Positions 24,148 to 37,619 of a stretch of 64,000 bases of DNA are shown here, in pieces. This DNA comes from Phoronis australis (lineage: Eukaryota > Animalia > Phoronida): NCBI GenBank assembly GCA_002633005.1, contig NMRA01000147.1:248001-312000 (forward strand), given 5' to 3'. The notes beneath the pieces are model-generated. The model worked only from the letters and a program-made list of their open reading frames with translations. It made no database searches and was not told the DNA's origin. Made by a program: the position numbers and the translations under genes. Position 1 is the first letter of the stretch, and the number at the start of each line of letters is the position of its first letter.

Positions 24148-26791
24148 ATTATGTTTTATATGTACTGGAGTAAATTTCGATTGAACGATTGATATCTCCC
24201 GATTGTTGGCCGATATTATCATTTTCAGTTCGGATAGTCGTCGGAAGCTTTGTGTCTCAGCAGAAAAGGTTCACGGCTGCAACGGATCAAAAAAATCGCC
24301 CGATCAGGCTAGTAAAAAGTCAATTGTCATAATCGACATCAACCAAGGTACAAAACAAGGGAGTGCATGTTGATTTTCGGTCACATAAACCGATCTCGGA
24401 AGAGAACCATTCGCCAAATCGGTGGACCAGACAGAAAATCCCCAATAGCGACCGCCTGGCAACGACGTACCAACATTGAGCTCAGCTGAAAGAGGTCATC
24501 ACCATTGATCCGACGGTGCCTGAAGAACTTTCCCCGGTGGCCAACTGTACCAAAAGCGTGGGGCTCAAACAATATCAACACAGCCCTTATCTTTCGATCT
24601 TAAACCCCAACAATGTAGGTTTGTTTGGTAATGGACATATTTCATGCAATCTAACAAGAAAAGACACAGGGCATCAGCATCATTTGTTTAGTATACACTT
24701 TGGCGGAATTCTTTGTGAGGGAAATGAAAAAAAAAATCTCACCAGCTGACACTCGACAAAAACGTGAAACTAGTAGAAAAGCTAGACAAGCCCCTGGAAG
24801 AATTAAAGTCATGTCCTGAAATGAAAGTAAAGTTTAGCTTAATTAAGTTGTTTATACACGACTTCTGTCAAAAGTAACTTCAAATTTTGATCACTCAACT
24901 ATACCAAATTGAATTCACTTGATCCGTGTTTAAGATTTAACACAATTGTTCGAGATCACACAGGATGTCTAAAACGACGACCCTTGGATCAAGACAACTG
25001 TAAACTTTTGCTCCAATTTTAACCAATTGTTAGTCCTTTCAACTTCAAAAAGTCACCTTTAGCCTTAAGAAATGACAAATTGCGACCAATTTCGCAAGGC
25101 TAATTGGTCTAAACTAAAAGTTTGCTTTTCACAGAAGGCGGGTTAAATAGTAAATACCTGAAAGAGTTACATTATATAAACATGGGCTTCTGTTTTTGAT
25201 TTGTGTGTACATGTAGGTAACAGCGAAACAATGAATGAATCTAATTTCAGGTAACCTAGACTTCCCTGCCCGCGCAACGCAAAATTCTTGTCCCTCTAAC
25301 GAGTAACGGAGTATTCCACCTCTTGCACTTCTTTTTGACTCCCTGCTGGCGCACACTTTTAATTTCTGCCCGCGATAGTATTCTTCATTGAAGACTAGGG
25401 TGACCTGAAGCAAGTTATTAGTATTTGTGCCAGATAATAGAAAACTGCAAAAGAAAAAATGTGATAATGTTCGAGGCGGAAATTCAGAAGTCGCTATAAA
25501 CCACAATGCGGTGTCAAAAACTACTTTGCTCTTCCAAACTAAGTCGCCGCATTGAATTGAAGTTGTTTTGGGAACACGTCACGTGTTTATTGCATCTTTA
25601 CACTTTAACTGGTAGGCCTAACAGAACCCATTCAAACATCAATGTTGGAAATCTGACAATACGCGTACGTGGTGTACAATCTTGAGTTCGTTGCGTTCGT
25701 GAAGACGGAATGAAACCGTGTGATCGGAGTTGATTCGATGCGTTTTACTGTAGTCTGTATCTACGATGGGACAGTTGGTCGTTGGATTAAAGCACGGTTA
25801 CAAGCCATTCATAAGGCTTTATCTGTTTTCAAGCTCAAGAGTGTACAGAAGGTAAATTGTCAGATTTTCAACGCAGCATCTTTTACATTTTTGTGCAACG
25901 GTCGCACGATGGACGAACTGTCATGTCATCGCGGAGGTTTGCACTCAAAGAGTTCATTCTCAATATTTTACGGTTAAACAAAAACCAACGCGGTGTCAAG
26001 ACATGGATCACATCAAACGTTTATTGAAGACTTTAATTTACTCCTGGTGCGGTGTTGCACTAGAAACAAAATTTTCCACAGACCGTTGTCAACAGAACCG
26101 TCAATTCCCATCAATTTCTTTCCATGTTTGAATTATCCGTTGTTATAACAACGGTCAGTATGATTATTCATTAACTCGATCACCCTTCGTGAGCTTAAAA
26201 CGTCGCAATCTATTTAATGATGTAATAACGCAACATCTTTGTTACTTCACTAATTGGTTTCATTGCTTATTCAACGTACGTGTTATATTTACCGTTCGCT
26301 CTCTTGTCATAAAATGCATCAACAGCGACACATAGACACGAAAATGCACAATTTAATGACGTATATCTAAAGTCATAATGCAATCAATCGACAAACAACA
26401 CAGCATAAGTAGTATCTAGTCGCATTTTGTAGAAAGGGAGGTAGGGTTCCGGGTCCTACCATACGGACACGACAAAATACAGTCAACGTGTTGTCTTTAG
26501 GGCTTTCGTGGATAATATTCCTTCCCAAATTATCGTTGCCCCCCACTCCAACATCCTAGATCCGACAGTGGTGGTATAAACAAGGACGCTCGATACGGAA
26601 TAATCACCGTGGTCGTCATCCGCTCACATTATTCTAGTTTTCATGGTTTTAATTCAAAATGCTTCACCTTCGAACAGACCATGGTCAATTGGAAACGCAC
26701 TCTTACCCTTGTTGAGTATATCAGATGCATCATTGGTTGTCAAAACAAAACACAAAAAGTAGTTGCATTCATACGACTTATTCGCAGCTTT

Positions 26792-28392
26792 TCAAGGACG
26801 GAGAGGAATATTGTCTCCACATTCTTTTTGACATAATTCCTTAGAATTAAAACGGTTGCAGTTGCCGCCACAACCTGTGTACCAAAAACGGTAGCAGAAT
26901 CCTCTGTGAAAAGCCCACACTCCCTCGTAGGGTCCGTGACACGCTCCTTCGTCAACGGGCAAATTACAGCAATCTGAAAGAAGAGTAAGAAACACAAACA
27001 GACTGCATCCCTTAGCTGAATTTCTTAGACGTAAGAAACTCGCGAAAATGCAGGATCACGCAAGTCTTGGAGAGATATTGCGAGTGCCTCGCGACTGTCC
27101 GTATTCAACGGAACTTTTGCCCAAATTGCTGAAGTAAGTGTCGCTAGATGAAAGTCGTAAACAACAAAAAAAAATAAATTATTAACTGTTTTGAAATATT
27201 CACCTCGCCGTGTTTCTACAGCATGTAGAAATTGACCATGCCCTTTATTGGGGACTGATGTATCCTGTATCAGGCAAATGTTTTTCGATGACTGAAAAAC
27301 CTGAATCAATTCCAGGAAGCATAGCTTTAATTCACACTGCCTGGTTGACTTTCACACGTGTCTGTCTAAATCGACCTCTAATGACGATTTTCATACACAT
27401 TTAAAAAGAACATTGTAAATTCATTAGAGTCACGACCATTCTTGGTGCCACAAAATCCGTTAAGATCCGCAAATAGCCTCTACCATAAAGATAAAGCATG
27501 ACCTACACCAGCCCTCGAGAACACATTTTCTCACAAAGCATTACTTTTAGATTAATGTCCTCGGTAGGAAGGACAAATCTTGGGTACGCCCCAACTTAGA
27601 TATTCCTGTTTTGTGCCTACTTTATTCATGGGTGAGAAACAACATGACCGCTGGTCCTCTAAATCGGACTGACTCACCCAAAACAGAAGCTCCGGGGATC
27701 AAATGGGACCGTCGCACCAGAAAATGGGACTGCCGCACCTAAAAACATGACCGCCCCACCAGAAAACAGGACCGCCGGGGACTGAACATGACCGCCGGAC
27801 AATATGCGGTTTCAATGATCCCCGGCGGTCATGTTCAGTCCCCGGTGGTCCTGTTTTCTGGTGAGGCGGTCATGCTTTTAGGTGTCAGTCCCATTTTCTG
27901 GTGCGACGGTCCCATTTGATCCCCGGAGGTCCTGTTTTGGGTGAGGCGGTCCGATTTAAGAGGACCGGCGGTCATGTTGTTTCTCACTCGTGTTATTTTG
28001 GTTTAGAAAACAACAGTCTTCAAAACTTTGATGAAATTCGTCGGATTTTGTCTAGTTTACTTTCTCCCATCTAGTCGTGAAGGAAATCGATCTAAAATCA
28101 ACTGTAGATAATTGGTTAATTAGACGAAATTTCATCGATTTTTTTATTGGAAAGGACATGTAATTTTAAATCACATTTTCGAAGGTGTCGTCCATTCCAG
28201 TGAGTACGTTTATTGATATTTATGCTTTACTTATATCCGAGATCAGAGGAATCACTCAAAACTCGGCAGTTTCTACAGTACGTACGCATAACCATAAGCA
28301 GTTGCATGTAACTTACGCGAATCACATTTGCGGGTGAAAACAAGAATGAGGATAAGGCATGTAGACCTTGCTGGAAATAAAGGACGACACAT
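26792..28392 (-). CDS. Secreted single-domain Kunitz/BPTI peptide, 85 aa, 2 coding exons (28317-28392, 26792-26973), 8-Cys variant
   Basis: Exon 1 encodes MCRPLFPARSTCLILILVFTRKCDS (signal-peptide-like) and ends C|GTAAGT. Exon 2 follows TTCTTTCAG|AT with matching phase 1. It gives HCCNLPVDEGACHGPYEGVWAFHRGFCYRFWYTGCGGNCNRFNSKELCQKECGDNIPLRP*. Confidence 0.85.
27627..27992. mobile_element. Palindromic (foldback) MITE with CAyG termini and internal subrepeats, in the Kunitz intron; EnSpm/CACTA-like
   Basis: Arms of about 170 bp start CATGGGTGAGAAACAACATGACCGC and CACGAGTGAGAAACAACATGACCGC, around a spacer of about 20 bp. Arms contain repeated GACCGCC motifs. TTATT flanks both sides. Confidence 0.85.
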
Positions 28393-28596
28393 TATCTGCT
28401 TGTTGAGAATAACAAACATAAAATCAAACGTTTGCAGTATGGTCACGTGATTGTGACGTTTGTTTTTGTAACGTCACAGTGCCTGATCTCGTGCAGTGCA
28501 GTAAACCGCATGAAAAGTTCAAATCGAACTAGAAAAAAATCAAGCCAGGAATTTTTGTTTAGATTTTTTCAGGTCTCGTGAGTTTCCGAAGGTAAT

Positions 28597-28765
28597 GTTT
28601 TGCTTATCATGGTGACCGCTCACTGAGTTCACGTTAAGGACAACTGTAGTCTCTACCTCAGTTAGTTTGCGACAACTATTGTTTTGCTTATCATGGGGAC
28701 CGCTCACTGAGTTCACGTTAAAGACAACTGTAGTCTCTACCGCCGTTAGTTTGCGACGATAACTA
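28597..28765. repeat. Two tandem copies of an 84-bp unit
   Basis: GTTTTGCTTATCATGG.GACCGCTCACTGAGTTCACGTTAA.GACAACTGTAGTCTCTACC at 28597 and 28681. Confidence 0.9.
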
Positions 28766-30281
28766 TAGCTATAGGTCACGGGAAAGCATGCCGAGAAACC
28801 AACATATTCTTACTGGATCCACGTTTTTTGTTACTCCATCAACTATTTCTGGTTTACTCGGGACTTCATTATCAGGTGCTGCAGACTCTTCACTACCAGA
28901 GACTGGATACGTACCTTTGCCGTGGTCAGTGGAGAGGTCCAGACGAGAAAGCAGTGTCCCATCCGTATCCGGCAACACATAGAGTAAACTCACTGTTACG
29001 CGTTATTGTTTCCAATCTAGCTTTTTGTGATGGGCTGCATAAAGTTACAGTTCGTTTATATCTAAATGTTTTGACCCGTGCGTATGATTTTGAGACACAA
29101 TCCCTGCTAAATCACGCAACTCAGGTGATGACATGAAAAGTTTTTGAAAATAACTTATCCTCCTTCAAGAGTCATTTCAGAGAACTAAAACTGGACATTC
29201 TGCTGTAAGTACGTGTACTATATGTTCGTAATCTTTGTGTAAATATCTTTCGCTTATGGTAACCATTCACTGAGTATAAAGCTACTTTGTAAATATCTAA
29301 TAGTATTAGAATGAGTTGGCCTAGTTCTTGTAAATACTGTAAATGTTTAAATGCAACTTTTGCTTTGCATCCACTAGCCTGAGCCATTGGCTTATTTAAC
29401 TGTTCTTGCTTAGGAGGCTCAGTACAGTTATTACAGTGTTTTGGCTGCCGACACACACCCAAGTGCATGTAGACGACTCCTTACCTCACGTCCTTATCGA
29501 GAGTCTGAAAAAAGAAAAGGTTTTTTGGCGTTGCAAATGAAATTCAAAAGCACTACTCACTATAAGTGAAACTTAATTAGGCTACATATTCGAAATCGAC
29601 TAATTTATAATATGGGGAAAAATACCGGCACATAAAATAGGACTAAAATAACCAAATTTGACAGCTTTCTCCCCAAATTTTCCACTTCTCTGCAAGTGCT
29701 AGAAACAATCTGACTTCCGATTCAGAATTCTTATTCTCTCTAGATTCTAAAAATATGTTCATAACACGCCCCTTAATAGCTTTTTTGGCAATTTTGATCT
29801 GTCTGAAATCGCACCCGGCTTCTCAGTCAGCAGGGCGACAGGGGTTGAAAGCACCATTTTGCATATTTTCACGAAAGACGTCGCTCTAGTCGGTTAGGAC
29901 TCAATGTTGGCTTACGTTTGAATCGAAAGTAGGTCACAGCTAAAAATTTGGCTTTTCTCATCCAAAAGCACAAGTAAATCACTTTCCCTAATTAAACCAC
30001 CCGCCAAACCTGACACACGCCCTGTATTTAAATTCTAGGCTACAGCCAATAACTCTTCAGTGCTAAAATAATGCATGTCCGGCAGACATCGCATTGTTTA
30101 CATCGTTGAAATAGGTCATCTCGGTGAGGAGCTTACATAAGCTAGGAGCTGCTGTTACGAAATAAAATTACATAAACGTATTACACATAACCGGGCAAGT
30201 TGTTAACCGGGGTCATTATTGAGCACAGATTTTCACAGTGTAGCAGTCTTCCCGCATTTCTGATACGACTATTTTTTGAAG

Positions 30282-33200
30282 ATGTCAACAGCAACCAAAA
30301 TGCCTCTTGACGATGGTGAGCAAGGGTCATGGACTAGTCACAGTCAAGTAAGTAACTGAATTAAATATGAGGTAGATCCGTTCTGAATCCCTGCTGAACA
30401 TAGGCCTACTCGTATATGTGCGTCAGAGCTTTAGAGTTACTCCCAGATATGAATATATTTTTATTTCATTGAAATATCTAGAGAGTCCAACGTCCATTAA
30501 TTAGGATTCGAGAAGCACCGGTGAAAGGTTTTTGACCATCGTTATATGACCTTTATGATCATCTTATCACTGAAACTTATTTAGTTGGCCAACCAAACGT
30601 TTGTGGTAATTAGTGATTTTGTTTTTTCTAAAATGCCTGGCTCTTCATTGCTTTGCTTCCTAACTGAGAAAAGTTAATCTCGAAACATTCAACTATTGTT
30701 AAATCTCTCCAATATCTACAATAGCCTTTGCGGATTTATTTTCAACGTTGAATGAACACTTACAAATTATTCATGGAATGCTATTAAAAGTCTTCAGTTT
30801 GACAAGCGCGTTTTTTTAACCAGAAAGGCATAGAAGTAAAACTGGGAATAGCTTTTGTCGCGGACAGAATGAAAAAACGAAATTATTGAACTTCATTAGT
30901 TTTATACGAACCATTTTAAGAAATATGGCTCTTATAGTAACAAAGGAAAATGTATTTAAATTTCTGGAAGCCATGGAAATAGTGTTATTTGTATTAGTTC
31001 ACAAGCAGGCATGTACAATTTGACTGACATTTTCGGTTACTTGTAATAAAAAATCAATTTCTACTGACTAGGAAGGGCTATATTAAACCTCGATTTGGCT
31101 TTCTCTTATTACGAACATGGCCATTATTATGTTCGCCACATCGTAATCTCGACGGTCGAATAGCTAGCTCCACAGCGAATAGGTTATTAATTGTCAACCC
31201 TCCATTCACTTCCAAATGGAGGTGCATTCATTACACAACTGCTTGTAGAACCACATTCAAATAGCCACGAGCTCAGGTGATTGCTTCTGGTTAAAGTTCG
31301 CTTAGCATGTATCTCACGTCAGAGGTTGAATCATTAATTTAATTATTAGATTTGGAGTGATTTTAAAGTTTTAACTCATATTTTGGAGTCAAAAATATTG
31401 CATTTGATATTGACGGCTACTTTGGCGACATTATTTTTTATTAAAGAATGCAGATCTCATGATTTGATCCTTCGACCTTCTTGGGCTACCAGCACGTCAC
31501 CGATTTCGAATTTTTAATTTTTTTATATCATACGGACCCTGAGGTCGTATTTGTTTTCAAAATAAGCTTAAGAATATGAACCAGCACTTGCTTGAAGGCC
31601 GCCCTAAGCCCCAGTCTCGTCCCCAAGCCTCAAGATGGCGCTGATCGGTTTAATCATTCAAGTGGCTAAACCGATAAGCGCCGTCTTGAGGCTTGGGACA
31701 GGCTGCACAAAGCCCACCATCTCGCTGTAGTACAAAATGAGTGTTTTCTGGACAGACTTAACCGCTTAGACGTTAAACTGATCACAACTTGCGGTTGCAT
31801 TGACAAAACAAATGACATTCGCCGATTGTGTTGATTAGACGTCCGTTGTATGACCGCAAAGCATGACATTTTTCCCGATTGTCCCTTAGTCCAATCTGAA
31901 CTAATCTAGCGGCTACCTTTTGAGTGAAAATGGTTGCTGATTGACTAAGCGATTGATCGACAAACGATCAGAAAGCCCAATCATGTCTTCTTTCCATGAA
32001 CTACCGGTGATAATGTAATTAAACAAATATTGACTTTCACATTCGGCCAATGCGTTAATTTTCAGACCCCAAGATTTGCTTATGCTAAATGCTAACGTTG
32101 TTTGGGCATGCGTGAAGACTCGATCAGCATTACCGGTATCTGTGTTAAGCTAAAAGCATGCTAATCTTTCATATAGTTAAGTGAAGAGCTCCACCTTTAC
32201 TTTGACGATAGTTTTATTAAAATGTCCCTTTGCAGATTATTAAAATGTCAGCATTTGTTTCTGTTATAGGTTTTTAGTCTTTTTTCTCACACCCAGCAAT
32301 CCCTTTTAAAATGTAGCAATGCATGATTAAATTTATAAAGGCAAGCAATCCCTTTCGAATGAACTAGAGGGTTCCACAGACATGGGGTTGAAATTGTTGA
32401 GTTTCACGGGAGCAACAGATAGACTTTGACTTGTACTCCAAGAGGTTAGCTGCTTGAATTCTAATATCTGCTAGAGGATAAGCCATAGCACAACCTTTTC
32501 CAGATTTCCAAGCCGGAGAAATGTAAAGGCAAGCCGCTGTTGATCGGTCTCATCGTCTTCACGTCAGTGTTTTTCCTCATTGTGATGACCTTCAACTTCT
32601 TGTCGTCTTCACCTCTGGCTAAAGGTGGGTTGATTTAATTTTAAAGATCCGCGATTTCCTCATTAGTTTTCACCAGCTACTAGCGCAGAACATGTCCATC
32701 AATCTAATTGCATCACGACCATATTCTGTACTGTCGCTTACGGCTGGAAATATTTGTTTTCTGGAGACGCAAGAGTCTCCTGCTTGTTTCGTTCTAAGGA
32801 CACACTTTTCATAATGCAATTTTGTTGTTTATAAGAAGAACGTGAAAAACGAAGTGAAAAAGTACTGCACCCCGTTTCCCACAAGTCATTCGAAGTTAAG
32901 CATGACTTAAGTCGACTCGATGCTGTGTACGTGACTTCATCAGATTGTAAAATTTCTTTCCAGGGATATTTCTGAACACCACTGGTGACGTATCCGACTT
33001 GTACTACTTAGAAATCACTCCCGCTGGTTGGACCTTCTCCATCTGGGGGTTCATTTACACTTGGCAGATCCTCTGGCTTATCTACGTCTTTGCTGGAATC
33101 TTCAGGAAAAATAGTAACAGAGAATATATCTACATTGGCCCGGAGACGGAGACACCATTTTTCTATTTCCTGTACATCTTTAACTTGGCTTGCAACTTGT

Positions 33201-33781
33201 CATGGATCTTCATGTTCGATCGTCAGTACGTCGGCTGGAGCCTCGTTCCCATAGCTCTTCTACCCTTTTCCCTCTACGTTTGCCTGGTGATCTCGCACGT
33301 GCGTCTTATGCAAAACGGTAGTTACATGATGAAAATCGGCATGTGTAAGGACTTATGGATGAAGAGGTTTTTAATTCAAAACGGACTCGCTTTTTATGCC
33401 ACCTGGGTAACCATAGCGACACTTCTTAACTTCGCCATTATGCTAACGTATCGTCTCGGCTTAAATCAGAGCACTGCGTGTACTGTCTCGCTGTCGATAT
33501 TGTCGGTTGAAATTTGCATTTGGGGTGTATTAGATATTTTTGTTTTTGAACGTTACACCCGTTATCTCTTCAGCCCATACATCGTTGTCAATTTTGCTCT
33601 CATTGGAAGTCTGTCCAAAAATTATAAAGCTGGTGCAACCAATTCCATATTTACTCTAGTCCTTCTGTGCGTTGCTGCGTGCGTGGCTGTGGTCAAAGTC
33701 GTCATGCTGTTTTATCGACACAAGACTAGGCCACTTTTCTCCAATAATGTATCTGAAGCGAACAAAGTTGAAATGGCGTGA
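30282..33781 (+). CDS. Uncharacterised multipass membrane protein (TspO/MBR-like signature), 334 aa, 3 exons (30282-30347, 32504-32624, 32964-33781)
   Basis: Splice sites are CAA|GTAAGT (phase 0), CAG|ATT...AAAG|GTGGGT (phase 1) and TTTCCAG|GG. The joined frame is open: MSTATKMPLDDG...LLIGLIVFTSVFFLIVMTFNFLS...NTTGDVSDLYYLEITPAGWTFSIWGFIYTWQ...FYATWVTIATLLN. About 8 hydrophobic segments. Confidence 0.85.
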
Positions 33782-34889
33782 GAAATTAGCTATGCATCAT
33801 GAAGTTGAATTGCTCAGAATTTTTGGTAATTCTCGTTGCGTTATCCTTGGCTCTGTTCGAGTCTAAAGCTTGCCACTGCAAATTGTTAAAGAGGCGATTT
33901 TCTTGCCAGTGCATGTGTAAAATATTTAGTGAATTCACTGCTCTAAGGTCTGCCTGCTTCGTGAAAAGTGGCTAAATGCTTAAATCAGAAGATTTTTTCT
34001 GCTTTCTATCTTCGCTGTTACTGGAAAATTTTCCAATTCAATTGTTAGCACATCGCAGTGAAAGAAACCAAAATGTAAATTGAAAGCCTTCAATATGGGA
34101 ATATTCACATTCTTTTTAGCTGTTTCAGAAATACAGATGTGTGGGACATGGCGAAATGTCTACATGTAACTTCAGCTTTAAGTCACTTTTCACGTAACAG
34201 AAGCCCGTTCCAAAGATGATCGGAAATCTGGTCTTATCTAAGACAATCGTAACTTCGATTTAATTTTCACAAAGATGATCAACGTTTCTCTCAACTCGTT
34301 CTTTACTTGGAAGTGAAGTGACTTTTGAGTCTTGCGAACACCTGACAGATTGTGGTGTCTCCACACTAAGCAGGCAATGATGAACTTAAGCCAGTTATTC
34401 CTGAGATCATAAGTCACTTCTTAAATGAGAAAGGAAACACAATTTTATAACGACAATTGATCTAAATCAAATTTGCTTTTTCTCTGAGGGGATGGGTTTA
34501 ATGCCGCTTAAAAGATCTCATTAAGAAATGCAGCGCGCATTCTCAGTAACGTGCTACGATCGTCTTTGCTATGACCAGGCGTACGGCCTTCATTAATATG
34601 GGCCTCAAGGGCCTTGTCTTCCTTGTACTAAGGCTTTGGACAAACTGATGCCTGATTATTCAGTTGTGTGTTCTACTTAGGCCTTACAGCTCAATTGTCG
34701 TGGTTAAATGAATTCACGTTACTCATGTAAATATCGATATTATTTATTTTGTATTACAGCTTTATATAGAGTTATTTAACTGTGTTTATAGCATTGTTGT
34801 TGAAGATATTTTAAAGTTATATCATAGTTGCCGTGATATTATTCGACTGAAACTTATGGATAGCCGTGTTGATTTAGAACCTCACAGCG

Positions 34890-35050
34890 GTTGAGTTATT
34901 GGTAAATGATCGTAGGATGGAATTTTCATCCGTCAAAAATACGTACTACAGTTGAGTTATTGGTGAATGATGAGAAAGCTTATTTTTATCAGTCGTAAAC
35001 CGTATTATGGTTGAGTTATTGCTGAATAATCAGGATATATTTTTTCATCA
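34890..35050. repeat. Three diverged ~60-bp tandem units in the probable 3' UTR
   Basis: GTTGAGTTATTGsTrAAT...TTTTyATC at about 34890, 34951 and 35010. An AATAAA lies near 35158. Confidence 0.6.
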
Positions 35051-37619
35051 CTCTTATTTTACAATTTTATCTGGATTGCCTGGCGCTTGTTCTGTTGATA
35101 CATTTTTTATAATTCCTATGCACTATTATGCACAATTTTGTACAGAATTCTATGTTAAATAAAGAAAATATTCATTCCATTCTGCTGTTTTGTTTTCCAT
35201 TACTAAGTAATTCACTATTGTACTTTAATTCAGCACAAAAGCTGTACTGAATGAGAATGTTCAAGTTAGAACTGTGCTAGTACTGTTGTTCTCAGGACGC
35301 GCTATAAGAAATGGTGCTGAACCTTGCGTTCGTACGAATACTCGTCGAGGGCTTCCAGCCTGAAAGTTCCAGATCGCTCGTTCCTTAATGCAAGACACCA
35401 AACGGAATTGACACTGGTAGGTCAAAATTCTAGCCTCACCGCTGGGGATACATTTGCTTTCTATTCTTAATTCCGCGTTATCTTCCTGATGGAAGGAAGA
35501 GATAATCACATAAACGAGGTAATAAAACGGGATATGCCACACGAAAGGGTGCCTTTTCTGAAAAAATCCCTATAAACGGTATCACTGTAGGAGTTACTAA
35601 CTACAATACTATTGGGGTTTCTCTCTTTCAACCGCTACACAAACTAAACATGGGCTTTTAAAGTTAAATGTACAACTGTACAATTTGAAAACCTAAGTTC
35701 CATGTTTTCCTGCACGCTTTCAAGGGACCACTCAAGACGACGGGTCGAAAGTTGTAACTTACAAGCAGTGAAGTTTGTATCGCGTTACACAATGTTGTTC
35801 GCTCTTGCAACAACATATGTAATAACTCTTTAGTATATTCGCTTACATGTATATAAATTAGAAAGTTTATGAATTTGGGTTGAGTTAGTTGATTCTAATT
35901 TTAGCCACCAGAACAAATAGACCAGAGATGTGAATATTCGTTACAATCCATAAAAACTGAAACTCGGACTGTTGCATAATATACATGTAAGCCTTGTTTA
36001 GATGATGTTGGGTGTCATAAAGTTACACTTTGGTATGTAGATGTATTTACATCCGCCTTCAGAAGTCGTTTAAATACACTGTACACTCCTGGCACGTGAA
36101 TCACTGCGAGAATCGCTAGTGCCAAAAACGTCATCACCAAATTCATTTCCGTGATCTCATCTCGTTCAAATCAAACGTCCAAATGCATCACGTTTTCATG
36201 CCTGCTTTAGAAGTGATGAAACTTCACAGTTTTTTGTTTTCCACGGCTTCATTACATATGAACCACCCTCAAGTGAGATAGGCTCGCGTTTCCATTTCTA
36301 GGACAAAGGAGCAACAGATTGCCGTTCATCTTATGGAGTAAAAGTACACTGCACATGGCGATAGGCGGCCATCTTGTGTTCACCTCGGTGTCGAAATTAG
36401 CCATCAGTAATCCGACACGCCAAATTAAGATTAATCAAATACCACAGGAACCATTTTTGTTAAAATGAAACTACGAGCATTATTCATATTCCTTATTTCT
36501 ATTCAATATTGGAAAGATGAGACAGTTTGTTATATTAATAACATATGTAGCTTGAGGACAGGTTCAACACGGTGGGTCATTCTATCCGAGCCGAGTCTCC
36601 AACAATAACAAACAGCTACGTCTTTCCAAGCCCAGGAATTATTGCTGTTCTCAGAAACATGTTGTAATCAGTCTTGTTGCGGTAGTGATTTAAATCAAAT
36701 CTTTGTTTCTTTGGAGGAGCGTGGGTTGCCAACAGCTTTAGATGATTTTAAAACATCTGCGGCTGCGCGTAAGCTAACAAGACAAGTGGGACGAATGAGC
36801 AAGTCGACATTTTTCGCGAGCCAATAATTCGACTGCTTGTTACCCGCCTGTCAGTGATGGAGAGTTTAGTGCAGACAAAATAATTATGCTGCCAAGTTCA
36901 CTACTCACGTTGACACTCATTGAGCTACACACATTGTCAGTCATTCTCCAGAAATGTCATGGATAGACAAAACACAATTCTATAATCTAGTTCTAAAATC
37001 CTGTTTGATATATCGGTGTATTTGTTTAATATTTGATTCGCCTTTCCTCTTGTATATCATGCACTTTCGTCCACGCCGTTTGAATCAAGGTTCACCTTAG
37101 TTTTAACTTTGACCGAAGACTTCCCAATCGTCCAGTTTCAAGATGGAAACAAAACTTGGCATGTTCTTTGCGCAAGGTTGGCGTGTAGTTGGAGCAGCGT
37201 TGGTAATCCTCATGGGTAACTTGGCAACCGATAGGTAGCGTCGGGAGCTGGCGATAACTTTTGAGTGGAATAATACAAGTTAAAGTCAATAAATTTTGTC
37301 GTTTTTGATGTTCTTAGATTCTTTGCTCTTGCAATTTTTAAATTCAATCCTATCCTAATATCGGTCTAATCTACTTAGCCACATGTTAAAAGTCGTCCTT
37401 CCACAGCCACGCTTTCAGGTTAAGCCGTCAAGGTCACAACTTTTTTGGTCAGGTGACTTGCAATTTACTTATTTAGTATAAAAATGAAAATAAGAGGCAA
37501 TTACAGTTTTTGACAGTATATTTATACATGTATTCACAGGTAACCAGTGGCGACGCATTGTCTAGTATCGGATGTGATAAGGGCAGAGGTAAAGTTTAAC
37601 ATTTCTGTTGAAAACCAGA

